DNA from: Raillietiella orientalis
Lineage: Eukaryota
Direction: 5' to 3'
Assembly: GCA_036172245.1 (NCBI GenBank)
Contig: JAYWIR010000013.1
Span: forward strand, 4,030,001-4,094,000
DNA: 64,000 bases
Shown here piece after piece: positions 52,301 to 64,000 of the stretch. Within the stretch, counting starts at the first letter, position 1. The number at the start of each line of letters is the position of its first letter. Both the position numbers and the translations under genes were made by a program. The notes beneath the pieces are model-generated. The model was not told where the DNA came from, made no database searches, and was given only the letters and a program-made list of their open reading frames with translations.

Positions 52301-53239
52301 CGTTGGACAAGGACGCTGACCACCTCTGGGGGCCGAGCGTGCATGCGGTCTCGTAGGTGGAGTGATTTTGTTACCGAAGCAAGATGGACAGGAAGAATAA
52401 AAGCATACGCCAAGATGTGATTATCCGTTCTTAGCAGCGATTGCCGATTGCAGACCCCATTTACGTTGGAGTGAACTCGGTTTTAACACAGCACCATATT
52501 TGAAATTGTATGGACGACTTTTAAAGTGTATCGCCATAGAGAGCGACGCCTTTATAGGCACACGCTCACAAATAAACACATACATGGAATGGGACCGGTA
52601 TAGGTGACGGACCCTTTTTTCATGATGGCCATTCGTTTCGTTTGCTTCAGTCTTCACAGATGATTCATAATACAAAGGATTACTGGGATCGCCCTACGGG
52701 AACATGGGGACACACCCTACGGGTACACAGGGTTGGAAGGATTCTCTTGCGACAGATACGAAACACTGCATTGCAGTAATGCGCCGGCGGTCCTGAATGC
52801 CATAGGATAACACTCTTCTGATTCCTGCGAGTTTCCTGCGATGCTGCAAGGAGGAAGCTTTCCCATCACCTCCGAGACTCTTGCAGAAGAGAAATTCCAG
52901 AGCGATAAAAGCGGCACGAACCGTAAAACTTGCTTTATTACCGCCTCATAAGAAATGACCTAAGAGATTGAAGTGGGCACGCCGAATGCAGTTCCCGAGC
53001 GTCAAGGCTACTCGTACCCAGGAAACGTGTCAATACGAGGTCACAGGCAGAGCGAGAGAAGTGCTTGCTGCCGGTCTCTCGGATCACCCAGACTCGGATT
53101 TCCGGAAGAGATCACCCTCTTCGCGTTTACCTTTTTCCCGCATCCGCATCCGACGGCTGCTCTGTCGCCACCGCGACAGACAGAACAAAGGAGTAACGGG
53201 AAAAATGCACGGATGAATTTTTCCAGGTACAGCATCCGT

Positions 53240-54173
53240 GAGAACAAGTAACAAATCAACCGCTCAAACACAAAGTAGCGTCTACCGATGGGAAGAAACA
53301 ATAAAAACCTGGAAGAAAATTCCCGAGTTCCCCACAGACACCGCCTTTTTCGCAGACCTAAATTTACTTCCTCACTTGTCAGCTGCAGAGCAAAAAGAGC
53401 AGCTGAAGAAGACACTGACATCAAACTGCTGCTCCGCCGGCTGGAGGAGCGGCGGGCCGTGTTGCTGCTCTTCGTCAGCCTCCCTTTTACCAAAAAGTGT
53501 GCGCCGCCTGACTTTAGACGGAAAATTCAGTCCGCACCTTTGGAATGGCCGATGGCCGCCTCTCCATGACTTGAGCTGAGCTTTCCATAACCAACTTGAA
53601 TTACTGATCTTTCCGCTATGCTCGCAGACTGTTGTTATGGTTCCGGATGATTTCGATCAATAAAAGGACGTTTTTTCTTCGGGTTTTTCCTAATTAAGCA
53701 TAAGTCGCTGATCTGCACTCAGCACTCGTTGCCATAAACACTGCTGAACTTTGTTTTCCTGTCTGTTCCTTGAGCTGAAATTGCTACAACCAGAAGATGG
53801 CACGGCCTTCAAAATTCCGCTTCATACAGGGATGGAATCATTCCTTGCTGTTTCTCGTAAATTTTTCTCATTTCTTGGTACAGATCCGGGGATGCTGGTC
53901 ACTGATTTGCTTTCGCATGAACTCGCCTTGAGACACCTTAATTACGTTTGCTATTAGGAGCATTGGAATTTGTGGATCTTTCTCCTCGAAAATTTATCTG
54001 CTCCACAACTTAGAGCATCCGTAGAGCATCTGTTGAATCTCTCTAATGATCGTAGCTCCTCCTCTGATGTCTCAAAGAGATTTTTGGCTATGTTTGGGGA
54101 TAGGCAATTTTTCCTAGCGACAGCCGTTTTTTGTGGACACACGGAGTTACTGCAATATCAATTCAGATATTGA
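53240..54173 (+). pseudogene. Possible decayed NACHT plus ankyrin gene fragment
   Basis: Frameshifted pieces lie in a plausible order: LLRRLEERRAVLLLF (Walker-B-strand-like), LKLLQPEDGTAFKIPLHTGMESFLAV (similar to the NACHT winged-helix motif F.H.T.QEFLAA) and FLATAVFCGHTELLQY (ankyrin-like). The resemblance is by eye only. Confidence 0.3.
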
Positions 54174-57100
54174 GAACAGAGTTCTTCTTCTCAGGAAAGC
54201 CAGATTGAGAAACCCAATTTTTCGTTGCTATTGGAAACCCCTGTCACTTGGGTTTTCGATAGACCTCATTTCTCGTAAAGCCTCGTACGGCTTGCGGATG
54301 GGTCAACGAATCACAAGCATCGCCACACAGCCACAGTTGCCTGCCTAAGGGCGAAAGAAAGCATCCAGCTTCACTATGTAACGGTTCGATTTTTCTTTGA
54401 CTGAAGATTCAGGCTCTGATCCGCCCCATTCTACGTTTCCAATGATCTCCTTGATGAGCAGGTTCGTAAAAGATCATTTCTTCTTTATCCTCGTAGCTCT
54501 TCCTGAACACCAGGTATGGTTACTTTGGCCACCAGTCTGCCTGTTCGAGGTGTGGCCTTTCTCTGGTTCCCATTTCGCGTATGGACGCTTGTCCAAGAGG
54601 CTTGCTGTCATTCCTGGCGAACCATTTTTTTTCCAATCCTTCCTTTGGAAAAAGGCCGAAGGGAATTTTCTCTGCTTAGCATCCTCCGCGCCGATTTTAA
54701 ACCTCGCATGAAGTTTCACATAAAAGAATAGAAATCATCGAAAAATTCTGGCTTGAAGCATCTGACGCGCCGACCGTGTACATCGTGTACATCAGGACAT
54801 CAGGCATGGAACGACACCGCGCCAAAGAGGTCCTGCTGAGGTCCAGCAAACCCGAAGTCCAAGCAGCTTGAATGCTCCTTTCAGCAGGTTGAGGCACTTT
54901 TCAAGTATTTTAAACGAAGTTTCTGGAATGATTCCTTCCATCCCGGACTTTAATCCTCGTTCTTAGTGAAGATCGGAGACTGATAGCGCGTAGGCGCCAA
55001 TAGGTCTGAACATGCTGCCGTGGCGTGAATGAAGGACTTCGAATTCCTTGGGAATTTGCATAATTCATCGGAGGGTGAGGGTCTGTTTCATCAAAATCAA
55101 CGTTTTGACCTGCGTTTTTTTTTTTTTTTTCATGTGTGCGGCTTCGTTCTGTCTTCTGTTTGCCTCAGATGCACGCAATAACGCCATCAGTGAGAGCCTT
55201 CTTTTTATCACGTGCCTCCTGAAACGGAGTGCCGCAAGATGTGCAATGCTGGCATGAGGAGCGACCATTCGCAGGTCGAATCTTTCATCGATCCCCCGCA
55301 GATGTGTTCTTCAAACCGAAACTCCACCCTCTGCTGTTCATAAGCTATGGAGCACGGGCTACGAGCTCCGAAGGACGACAAGCTCTCGAGCTATGAGGTC
55401 TTCGTCCTTCTGGCAAATTATGCTCCTCCTCATACCAACGAAGTCGATGAGATCCTCGAACTCGTTGTTCAGGCTATAATTAAATCGTCCTTAGTTTTGG
55501 CAGGATTCCATCACTTCTTCTAGACCAAAGCTCCCATCTTGGGACACCGAACTTTGATCTGACATGCTATCTCCGCGCCATTCCCGTCACCCCGTGTTTC
55601 GGTGACTCGGTTTCGAAATAAGGACCGCCTAAAAGACAAAAAAAGAAAAGGAACAGAGAAGAAATGCAAGCAACAGGACTTGGAATCCCGAAAGCATCCG
55701 TGTAATGAAGAAGAAATTACGATTACGAACGAGGAACGGTAGGTAACACCCCCGATTGACCTTTGTTCCGTCCCTCCGCTCTCCTGCTCGCAGTTCTCAC
55801 AGAGCCCCCGCTTCGTTGTCCTGACAACGAATCGATACTTTTCTCAATTACACGCATTTCTGCCTTCATCAGAGCTCACGCGGTGCAATAGGAATCGATG
55901 CCAGCCCGGCCCTCGGCTACGCGCTTTCGGGGTTTTCCCGGAAGGGCTTTTGCCCCCGGTGCTGCTGCCACCACGGTCCTTGTTCCTCCTCTGAGCGAGC
56001 GCTCTTGCGCTATCATCACCGTTTTCAGCTCATCGCTACCTTCAAGTGAAGCCTCCAGAGTGGACCAAAGGTTACGATCACCTGCTGGAACTCCGGCATT
56101 CTCGCTGGTAGAACTTAAAGAGTCGCAACAGCGCTGTATTCTTTTCACGAGGTGTTTCTTCTTGAACCTGTTCAGATTCTTCAGAGGTCCATCGATCGCC
56201 GGTCTTGTTTATTAAAAAAAATAAGGAAAAAAGGGAGAGAGAGGGAAAAAAGGACAGCGGTTCAACGTTAAACGAAGTTTGCTTTGGGAGAATTCACTTC
56301 ATTCGAATACTTTATTCGACATGCGGTTTCTGAGATGCCACCTGAAACGTGACCTCGGCCCGAAGCTGCCCGAATACGAAAACCGCACGCATCGGAGCCA
56401 CGCCGTGCGCTTGTGCGAGACTGCTGTACCTCCGCGGGTCCTCAAAGTGAGGAGGGAAGCAGCATCCCACTCTGACTGCAGTCCCTTCCGTGAGCGGAAG
56501 CCGCGGAGGGAGACCCGAGGTTCACGGCGTTTACGCGGCCTGGACCGAGAGACTTCAGCGTGGAGGCTGCGTCCGGTGCATAGTCCATCATCACCCGCCG
56601 TCCACCTCTTGGCGCCGCTGACGACTCGGACGCTTTCGAGCACGCGCTTGCGGGTGACCGGAAGCCGTATGTCCACACGAGGGGGGTGCAAAAGGGTTCA
56701 CCCCTCGTGCCGAAAGCATTTTGCCTTGGGGCTCCGGACTCGCAGGCCCATCCGAGTTTTCTTGGCCTCTTGGAAGCATTCGTTCACCTCTCTTAGCTTC
56801 GAGGCGCTTCGTACTTAACCCGTCGGGCATTTCTGGATGCTTTCATCCGAGGTGTGGTGACTTTTTCCCAGAGGCACAAACATTAACTTTATCGTGCTAG
56901 TAACACGTCTCCATATGACAGCTCTTCACCGATTTAAGTAGTCCTCTTCTATTTCCCTCGGTCGTTTGTCTATCTTCAAATTCATTAATATAAAGAAAAA
57001 AAAAAGGAAACGATTCTTAAAAATTGCCACTTCGAAAAGGGACACTTAAGCAATTCATCAAGTTGGGATGTATAAGACTACTGGGGACAAAGAATGTAGT

Positions 57101-57199
57101 GATAAAAATAACTCCCACAGTGAATTTTTGTGAATGATGCGCACGTTGATGTAAACGTGGCTTCGGGAGCAACATTCTCCAAGGAAACGGAATTAGATT

Positions 57200-58048
57200 C
57201 TTCGAGAGAAATGTGATTTTTATTGACTCGCCGAGTCCTTTCGAGCTGCACGATGTTAGAGACGATGACGTCATTGCTTGCATACGGGATGAAACGCTGT
57301 ACACAAAGATGCACCTATTTAGAAAACTCTTTATCCAACGAATGTCGCTACTGATAATGAAGTCAACGAAGAACACGTGTGCTAAGATTGAACTCAACGA
57401 CCGCATTTACTAAGAATGGATTCACGGGATGTCCGAACTTAATCAGGAAGACAGGATCGGAGCGCTCAAAGTGCCCACCTACAGAAGGACTCTGCTACAA
57501 AAAAAAGCATGGCTTCTCAATAAACTGATCGTCTGGTGGGAGCCGAACTGGATGACAGTCGTGCAACTATTCTTCCATTAGTCTTCCACGAAGCGCATCC
57601 TGCACTGCACTTGCGAGTCTGCACCTCCAGGAGACCTAGAAGGGTCCTGAGGCCGTGCTCCAGGCCAGGATTTTTCCCTGAGCGTTCCCACCGGACTCTG
57701 AATCCCTCAGACTCCGCGTATCTCCGGAGCTGCCTTCCAGCGAACCGTTCTTCCAGCCACCATCAAGTGGAACTCTTGTGGAAACCTTGTGGTGCTTTGA
57801 AAGCGGTCAAAGACAAAACCTTTAGAGAGTTCCTCTCTGCCGACACCGTGGGAAGCGGCAGAACCACCGACTGCGTTCAAACTCGGCAACCGTTTGCGGC
57901 TGCAGTTTGGATTTCTGCGGGATGCCGACATGAAAAGTGCTCAGCTGCTCTTCAAGAGGCGCCAAGAAAGCATTGTGAAAAGCTTTCCGCCTCTCTTTCT
58001 GGAGATGCGTTCGAAATCATCCGTCAAGAGCTCGCACTGGGGGAGTAA
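57200..58048 (+). pseudogene. Possible decayed NACHT-associated gene fragment
   Basis: KDKTFREFLSA at ~57810-57842 resembles the H.TF.EFLAA motif. The surrounding frames look protein-like but are interrupted. Confidence 0.25.
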
Positions 58049-59581
58049 CCAGGGGAAACGAATGGGCAGACAGGACGCGAGTCGTTGAGATGAAGCTGTG
58101 CTCCTCAGTGAGCGGACCGGAAACCTCCGCGATCTTGCGATGATTACGTTTGGCTCGTCACCCGAGCAAACTGAAGATCAGGACCGGAACGAAGAACCGT
58201 GCAGGATTGTTTTTTTTTCTTTCGAAAAAGTTGGTCTGAGTTGGTCTTCAGATGGATCGTGGACCCCTTATCAGATTTTCTCCCATCCCACTAGTGCTAA
58301 CCTTTGCGAGTACTCAAGCCGGAAGTCTATCTTGATCTCCCTAATTGGTTTGATTTTTCCTCTGCAGATGCCTCGTTGTTTCGTGTGCCCATCCATCCTC
58401 GCTCCCCACAACACATCCCTGCTTTCGGTATTTTTAGATGGAAGAAACGGGGAAGTATTCGGGGATAATTCATCAAGTTCTCGGGGCAGAAACGATGCCC
58501 ACGAGCGCGCACCCGGAAATTCACTTGATAGGAATTCGCAGCACCTGCGGATTCGAAAGGTCTCCACGGAAGAACCAAAGATGGAGTGACTCCCTTGCCA
58601 ACCGATGAAGATGCGCCGAAGGCTTTGCCGGGTGACGAAGACGGCACCCCCATGCAGCTTTCTACGACCAGAGGCCGTCATGAGGAAGGAACGCGTCGAT
58701 CTCTACTGGAGGATCGGGGCTTACGTCACGGGAACGAGCGCGCGCGTTAACCGCACGACCGAGAGGGAATTTTTACGCTCTGGACCAAGCACGTTGCAAC
58801 AGGAGTCCGGCGTGCTTGGAGATGGTACGATGCACAGATCATATGACACTTAGTACAGCCTTACCTACGTGACCAGTTCTGAGATACCGAATGCTTTTCT
58901 CGTCAGTAACCATGGGCTGTTACTGAAAAAAGAAAACCAAAATTTATGAAGTTGAAGTTGATACTTGGCGCGGCGATTTCCCGTTTCTACTTCACAAACC
59001 CCTGTCAAACAAAACGCACGCACAGAAGAGAAGAACCAAAAAAAAAAAAGAGAAGCAAACCAATCGACTTTGGGTTGGTTTGCTCACATTACCACTACCA
59101 GGGTTGACATTCCTCTAAGGAAGACATCACGGTTTACGACCTGATAATCGCAACTCTCATCAGCAAATACAAGATAGCAATTTCACGCGTTACTGCGGTG
59201 ACTTGCAGCTATCTTTGCGGATATCTGCTAAGCGAAGTGAGGTCTCTGTAAACATCAACGAACGGACGAAATGTTTTCGGCGATCCCTGTCGTGGAGAAT
59301 CATCGAATTTATGGGCTTAGGATGGAAGCAGCCTCCATGGAAACCATTCAGAGTACACGGGTGACATGTGCTTTAGGATGTTTGCTTTCCACTCACTTTC
59401 TGCGATGCTTGCATGGTCAGGAATGGACTGTTTCTTCAGGATGCTCGCAGAACTGGACACTGACGTCCATCTCTCATGTGTTCTCAGTACAAAGCGGCTG
59501 CTGACTTGGCGTGACGTGAACAGATCGTGAAACATTATGACATGTCTAATGTCTCCTTGATATATGTCACTCCCTTTCATC

Positions 59582-59602
59582 AAGAAGAAGAAGAAGAAGA
59601 AG
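59582..59602 (+). repeat. (AAG)7 microsatellite
   Basis: Seven perfect AAG units. Confidence 0.95.
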
Positions 59603-61093
59603 AAACAGCAATCAGAAGCTTTTAAAATGAGGTCCACTTCATTAGAATACCAATGCCTGCTTCTGGTTCGTGTGCTGTATCCTGTATTTCCTGCATCCTG
59701 TCAACTGTACGTGTACTGTTCCTTCGCTGGAGTCGAGTCTTGCCAAACCTACGAATCTCATTCTACGCTTTATAAATAAGGAACTTCCAAATGCATCCGG
59801 TGATACAAAATATTTCAATTGGGGATTACGGCCTAAAGGAAGATTCTAGAAATCAAGAACTGGACTCGAAGTTTTGTACAGGGAGCGACAAAAGTCACAT
59901 ACATAGATGGAATGGCGCGAACGCAGGCGGTGATTACATTAAGGGTCTTAGAATTAGTGCACCTCCTAAATAGCAGATGGGCAGACTGATACAGCACCGA
60001 AATGAGCAGTCACTACGGTTCAGATGCTACTCATCTTCTGGCGAATCAGGAATAACTGGTGGCTGCCCAGCAAGGCAGAGAGTGCACAAAGGGAAAGAAC
60101 TCCGGATTCGTAAAGGGTGCAACCGCAGTTCCTAAGCAGCTTCACATTATGGCAACGCCTTCAAGCAAGGCAGAATATCGCGCAGGTTTGCCCTCCCGCC
60201 CCCCCTTCATCCAAAAAAGGAAACCGAAGAGTGCCCTCTTTTTGCATCAGCGAAGACACTGGAGTTTCTTTGGCAGATAAATACGGAACAGCAATCCGAT
60301 AGCTCTGGCCGTCGCAGCATTTGGCGGACGACCACTCGCCAAATGCCACCTTTTGACTGCTTCTCACCGAAGGCTGCTTACGAGTGGATGGATCGGCACA
60401 AGTCCTCCACGTCTCTCTGCTTCCATGCTGCACGTGCGGATCTTGCCGTGGGCGTGGACGAATAGTCCCTCCAGCTCCACGCAAGCTGGATTATCCAAGC
60501 AGGATCCATTTCGCCCGGTCGCATCAGGAGTGCTTTCGAAGCACAGGAACGAAATGCGTTCCCGTTCACGTGCTGCCCAGGAAACTGACGGGCCCCCGTG
60601 GTCGAATTCCACAGAGATGCCTTTGATCTTCCAGATCCGTGAAGGCAAGTGCATGTGCTTGCGGGTCCTCACTGGCGCACGTCGGGATCTTCTTTTGCCC
60701 CTGCGCCCGGTGTATCATCTCTCAAGTGCACCTTCGATTTGCTGAAAGGCCACTTATTTATTTTGGGAGTCACTTTAGGTGAACGACGAGAGCAAACAGT
60801 GCCTAATTGGGAGCTGAGGCTGAACGTTCGAACCAAGAGGAGTTTGCATCGCCAGGCTTCAGGTTCTCTCGAAGGTTTTCCGTATTCAGCCGAGATCTCG
60901 CGGTCACGTGGATTCTGAGTCAGGTTCAGGAAGATCTTGGAACCTCTTCGTTCAGCTGCCTGGCGCGATGCCTCTGGGCTGCTTGTAGAGTGGGCGAAGG
61001 TACATTGGGCAAATGATGATAACGGCTTGCTGCTTCCCTTCTCTTCGGGTTCTCCTTCTCCTCGAGGAACCCTCATTTTTCTTCATTTCCAGG

Positions 61094-61330
61094 TTTACGG
61101 AAGAGCTCCCCTCGCAGACACGTCGATCATTGCGGAAAGTCATCGCGATCTTTGAAGCGGCGAAAGATGGAAACGTCTGTAGCTTTCACTCTTTGCCCGT
61201 CGCGAGCTGGATCGCAGTTCCCCGTAGGGATCTCGACGGATTCCCAGAATACCTAGCGGGTCGCACCTGCCTGGATGCAGGATACTTTGAGGGAAGGAAG
61301 ATCTTGTCGGAACTTTACCCCTTGACTCGA
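61094..61330 (+). pseudogene. Possible ankyrin-repeat exon remnant
   Basis: Follows the acceptor-like TTTTCTTCATTTCCAG|. Translation contains IFEAAKDGNV and GRTCLDAGYFEGRKILSEL, resembling two consecutive ankyrin repeat starts. Confidence 0.3.
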
Positions 61331-62680
61331 GGAACGCCGCGTCCAACCGCAGATTCCGTTCCGTCCATTCCGTTTGGCGGCGCCGCATTTCCATCTTTTG
61401 ATTCACTGCACCGTTCACCGCCTGCTCGTACGCCCTCGAAAAGACAGGGAGCAGAAGACGCTGTTCAGGGGTCGCGAGCAATAAAAGGAGGCAAATTTCC
61501 CGCCCTGCCATTCGTAGTCGGCTTCGTTTGCTTGAGGTTTGGAGAAGATCTGGAGAAGATCGTCTCCACGCCGTTTTGCATCTTCCTGTGCAGGATGTCT
61601 GACGAGTGAGCGATGAGCTGGCGGCTTTAATTGGAAAAGGGAATCAGTCATCAGCACCTCTTGGTACACCAGCAAGCGCCAGGGGCTACAAGCCAGTGAT
61701 AATGAAATTAATTGGACAGTTTCCGGATTGCATCTGTTTGTCTTCCGTGATTGCATTCTGACTACTGGTCTTTGCCTTAAACATGGCATTTCGAGACACA
61801 TCTCCGTGCGGAGATCGAAGTCCGGATTTCTCACGTCCTTCTGATCGCTATCTTGTTCTCATTCTGTTCATGGGATGATATCCATTTAATTCATCTCTAG
61901 GAGATCCCCGTTGTATTCAGAGAATTTTGTCATCTCTTGAAGGAGCGATTCACTTTGGGAGCTTCCTTCCCTCACCAGTGAGTGCGCTACTGCAGCATCC
62001 ACTCTTTTCTGTGGTGATCCTGAAGCATCGGCTATGCTTGTGGAAGCTGGAACGGGGCTTTTTCACCCGTTTGGTCCATTGGGCAAGTGCAGATAGACCG
62101 GCATCCTCTCCGGAGAGGAGACGCCGTGAAGAAGCTACTCGCTTCTCCAGCCTCCGGTGTTTCTCAAATCGAAGCAGCAGGGACATCGCCAGCATCCTGG
62201 GAAAATCTGGTAGTCGCGACGGAGGTACTGAAGGCAGTCCTCCCGATCCCGCGTTTTTTTTTATTGCTTTTGAATGGATGCTCCCCATCCTTGTGGAGTC
62301 AGCGGAAGCTCTGAATCCGACTTTGAGTGTGCGGATAATTGATTCATGGGCAAACAAGTGCGAGAGAGAGTCTTCCTCCGCTTGTCAGACGCAAGGGAAA
62401 GAAACAGTCCCTTCGGTTTCTTGCCGTCTTTATTTTATTTTATTTTATTTTTTTTTCCCCTCCCTCTTGCGCCGCGTTTTCCGACCTCACTTCCTCGCTT
62501 GTTCCTTCCTCCATGGAAACTTGGAATGATCACTCCTTCCACGTGATTGGTGCGACGCCACCAGGGTCAAGAAGGGCATTTCAGCGAGCGCGTCCAAGTG
62601 GTGGCAGGAGCGAAATAAAACGGGCATGGGGTCACGACGCGGGCAATGCCGACCGTGGCCGCTCGTCCCGCGTTGGCGGC

Positions 62681-64000
62681 ACCGGTGTGGCTGCGGAGGC
62701 CTCCAAGTCGTGCTTACTCGTAGCGGGTTCGAATACCCCCCCTGGAGGATCGGCGCAGAGAAGTCGGTAAGGTTACGCGGACTTCAATGAAGCAGGATGG
62801 CGCTGGTTGGCCTGTGGGCCTCGGATGCTGCGCCGGTGGAAGCAGTCGGAAACCGGAAAACCCCACTGACTGGCCGGGATTGGAAGTCGACCCGGCGGGG
62901 GTCCTTCCGGTCCCGGCCAACGTGACAGCGTCACACCAATCAAGGAGTTGGTTCTTTTCAGGGTTGACCCTCCGGCTGGGAAAACGCAGCCGCACCATGG
63001 GGCTGGTTGGTACCTCCCGTCAGGGGGTCTCTTCTCCAGAGCTTCGACTAGCGCGCTGCTCCCTTCGGAGAAATCTGGAAGAGTCCCTTAGGGGTTCACT
63101 TCGAACGAGAAAACAAGGAGAGGTTCCCCTGAGGGGTTGCCTTCGTAGAGGAAACGAGGAGTGGTCGCCTTTGGGGTCCGACTCCTCCGGAGTGAATAAG
63201 GAAGACTCTCCATTCAGGATTGTCTCCCAAGCGTGAGAGAAACTGCTCCCTCAGAAGTCTCCCTGAATCCATAGGGTCATCCCTACGAGGTCGCTCCCTA
63301 TACATTGAAGAGCTATGTGCACCCTGGGGTAGTGTGGACGGCGTCAAAGAGTTTCGTGAATTTTCCCTAAAGAAGCGAACGGTTCTTCAGTACGCCTTGG
63401 GGGAAAAAAAAAAAAAAATAGAAGGAGCTACGGAGAGCCGCTGAAAATTCTTCGCGGCCCACGTTTTCGTAGGCATTCCCCAAAGCGCAGGAAGGGAGAT
63501 GGATTTCCGATCTTCAAGTGGAGCGAGCCATCTCGCCGCCTTGCGAGAACCCCCGCGTTCAACCTGGCTGGGGTCTGCCACCGGCAGGACGGCCAGCGGA
63601 GAACGCTGCTCTCCGAATGACCCCGGCCTGGAGGCTTCTTCTGGCCCGGAAACCGAGACTTCAGCGAGGCAGATCGCGGACCGAAACCGCGGTTCGCCAG
63701 CTCCTTCGCTCGGACTCTCAAGTCCTCCGTTTCCAGGAAGCCGCTACCTCTTGTCTTTGCGTCCATTCTCTCTCTCTCCAAGTTTCTCTCAAGCGGGTCT
63801 CTGCTACCGTTGCCACGGTTGCGCGATCTGAGTGGCGGCTTGAGACTCGAGCTCGTGTGCCATGTGGTCGCTGCTCTCGCTCCCTCGGAGACTGCGGGCT
63901 CCGTCAGTTTCCTGGGTACCGGTTGTGCACTGCCGATCGCTCACGCGCTTCTCGGTGCAGAAGGTCCTGCGTGATGGTTGCGGTGCAACAGGTCTTGGCA
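62681..64000 (+). mobile_element. 5' portion of the tRNA-headed L1/Tx1-like family (copy C): head, decayed ORF1 with RRM-like and zinc-knuckle remnants; probably runs off the window
   Basis: B box GGGTTCGAATACC at 62725-62737. The block GGTTGGCCTGTGGGCCTCGG...GTGGAAGCAGTCGGAAACC matches 1898-1947, and 63260-63430 matches 2335-2500. Translations YIEELCAPWGSVDGVKEFRE (RRM-like) and LCYRCHG (63799-63819, start of a CCHC knuckle) are typical of LINE ORF1. Confidence 0.7.

Noticed and set aside
1..64000. Prokaryotic or viral operon / defence-system interpretation
   Set aside because: No long intact ORFs, gene-dense organisation or recognisable prokaryotic or viral hallmark genes. Spliced exons and LINE debris indicate a eukaryotic nuclear locus.

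Overview
This window reads as eukaryotic, repeat-rich genomic DNA, probably from an invertebrate or arthropod (inferred from GT-AG spliced exons, a Shisa-like gene and LINE remnants). It does not look prokaryotic, and almost all ORFs in the track appear to be noise or decayed fragments. One host gene is well supported: a minus-strand Shisa-like single-pass membrane protein with two phase-compatible exons (49178-49328, Cys-rich ectodomain; 39581-39708, TM helix plus Cys cluster) separated by a 9469-bp intron. The most interesting signal is a dispersed family of L1/Tx1-like non-LTR retroelements. Their 5' ends carry tRNA-like Pol III A/B boxes in four places (1779, 22327 minus, ~22920 minus, ~62681). 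The two visible 3' ends have no poly(A) and stop at AATAAA followed by a (T)CACCCGGGTGA-type palindrome. One 1.7-kb copy joins the 5' head and ORF1 start directly to the ORF2 C-terminal zinc finger. There is also a 954-bp foldback element (558-1511), a second copy of it that looks like the centre-inverted isomer and is interrupted by a LINE 3' fragment, other inverted repeats, and weak NACHT/ankyrin-like pseudogene debris. All calls come from reading and aligning by eye; no searches were run.
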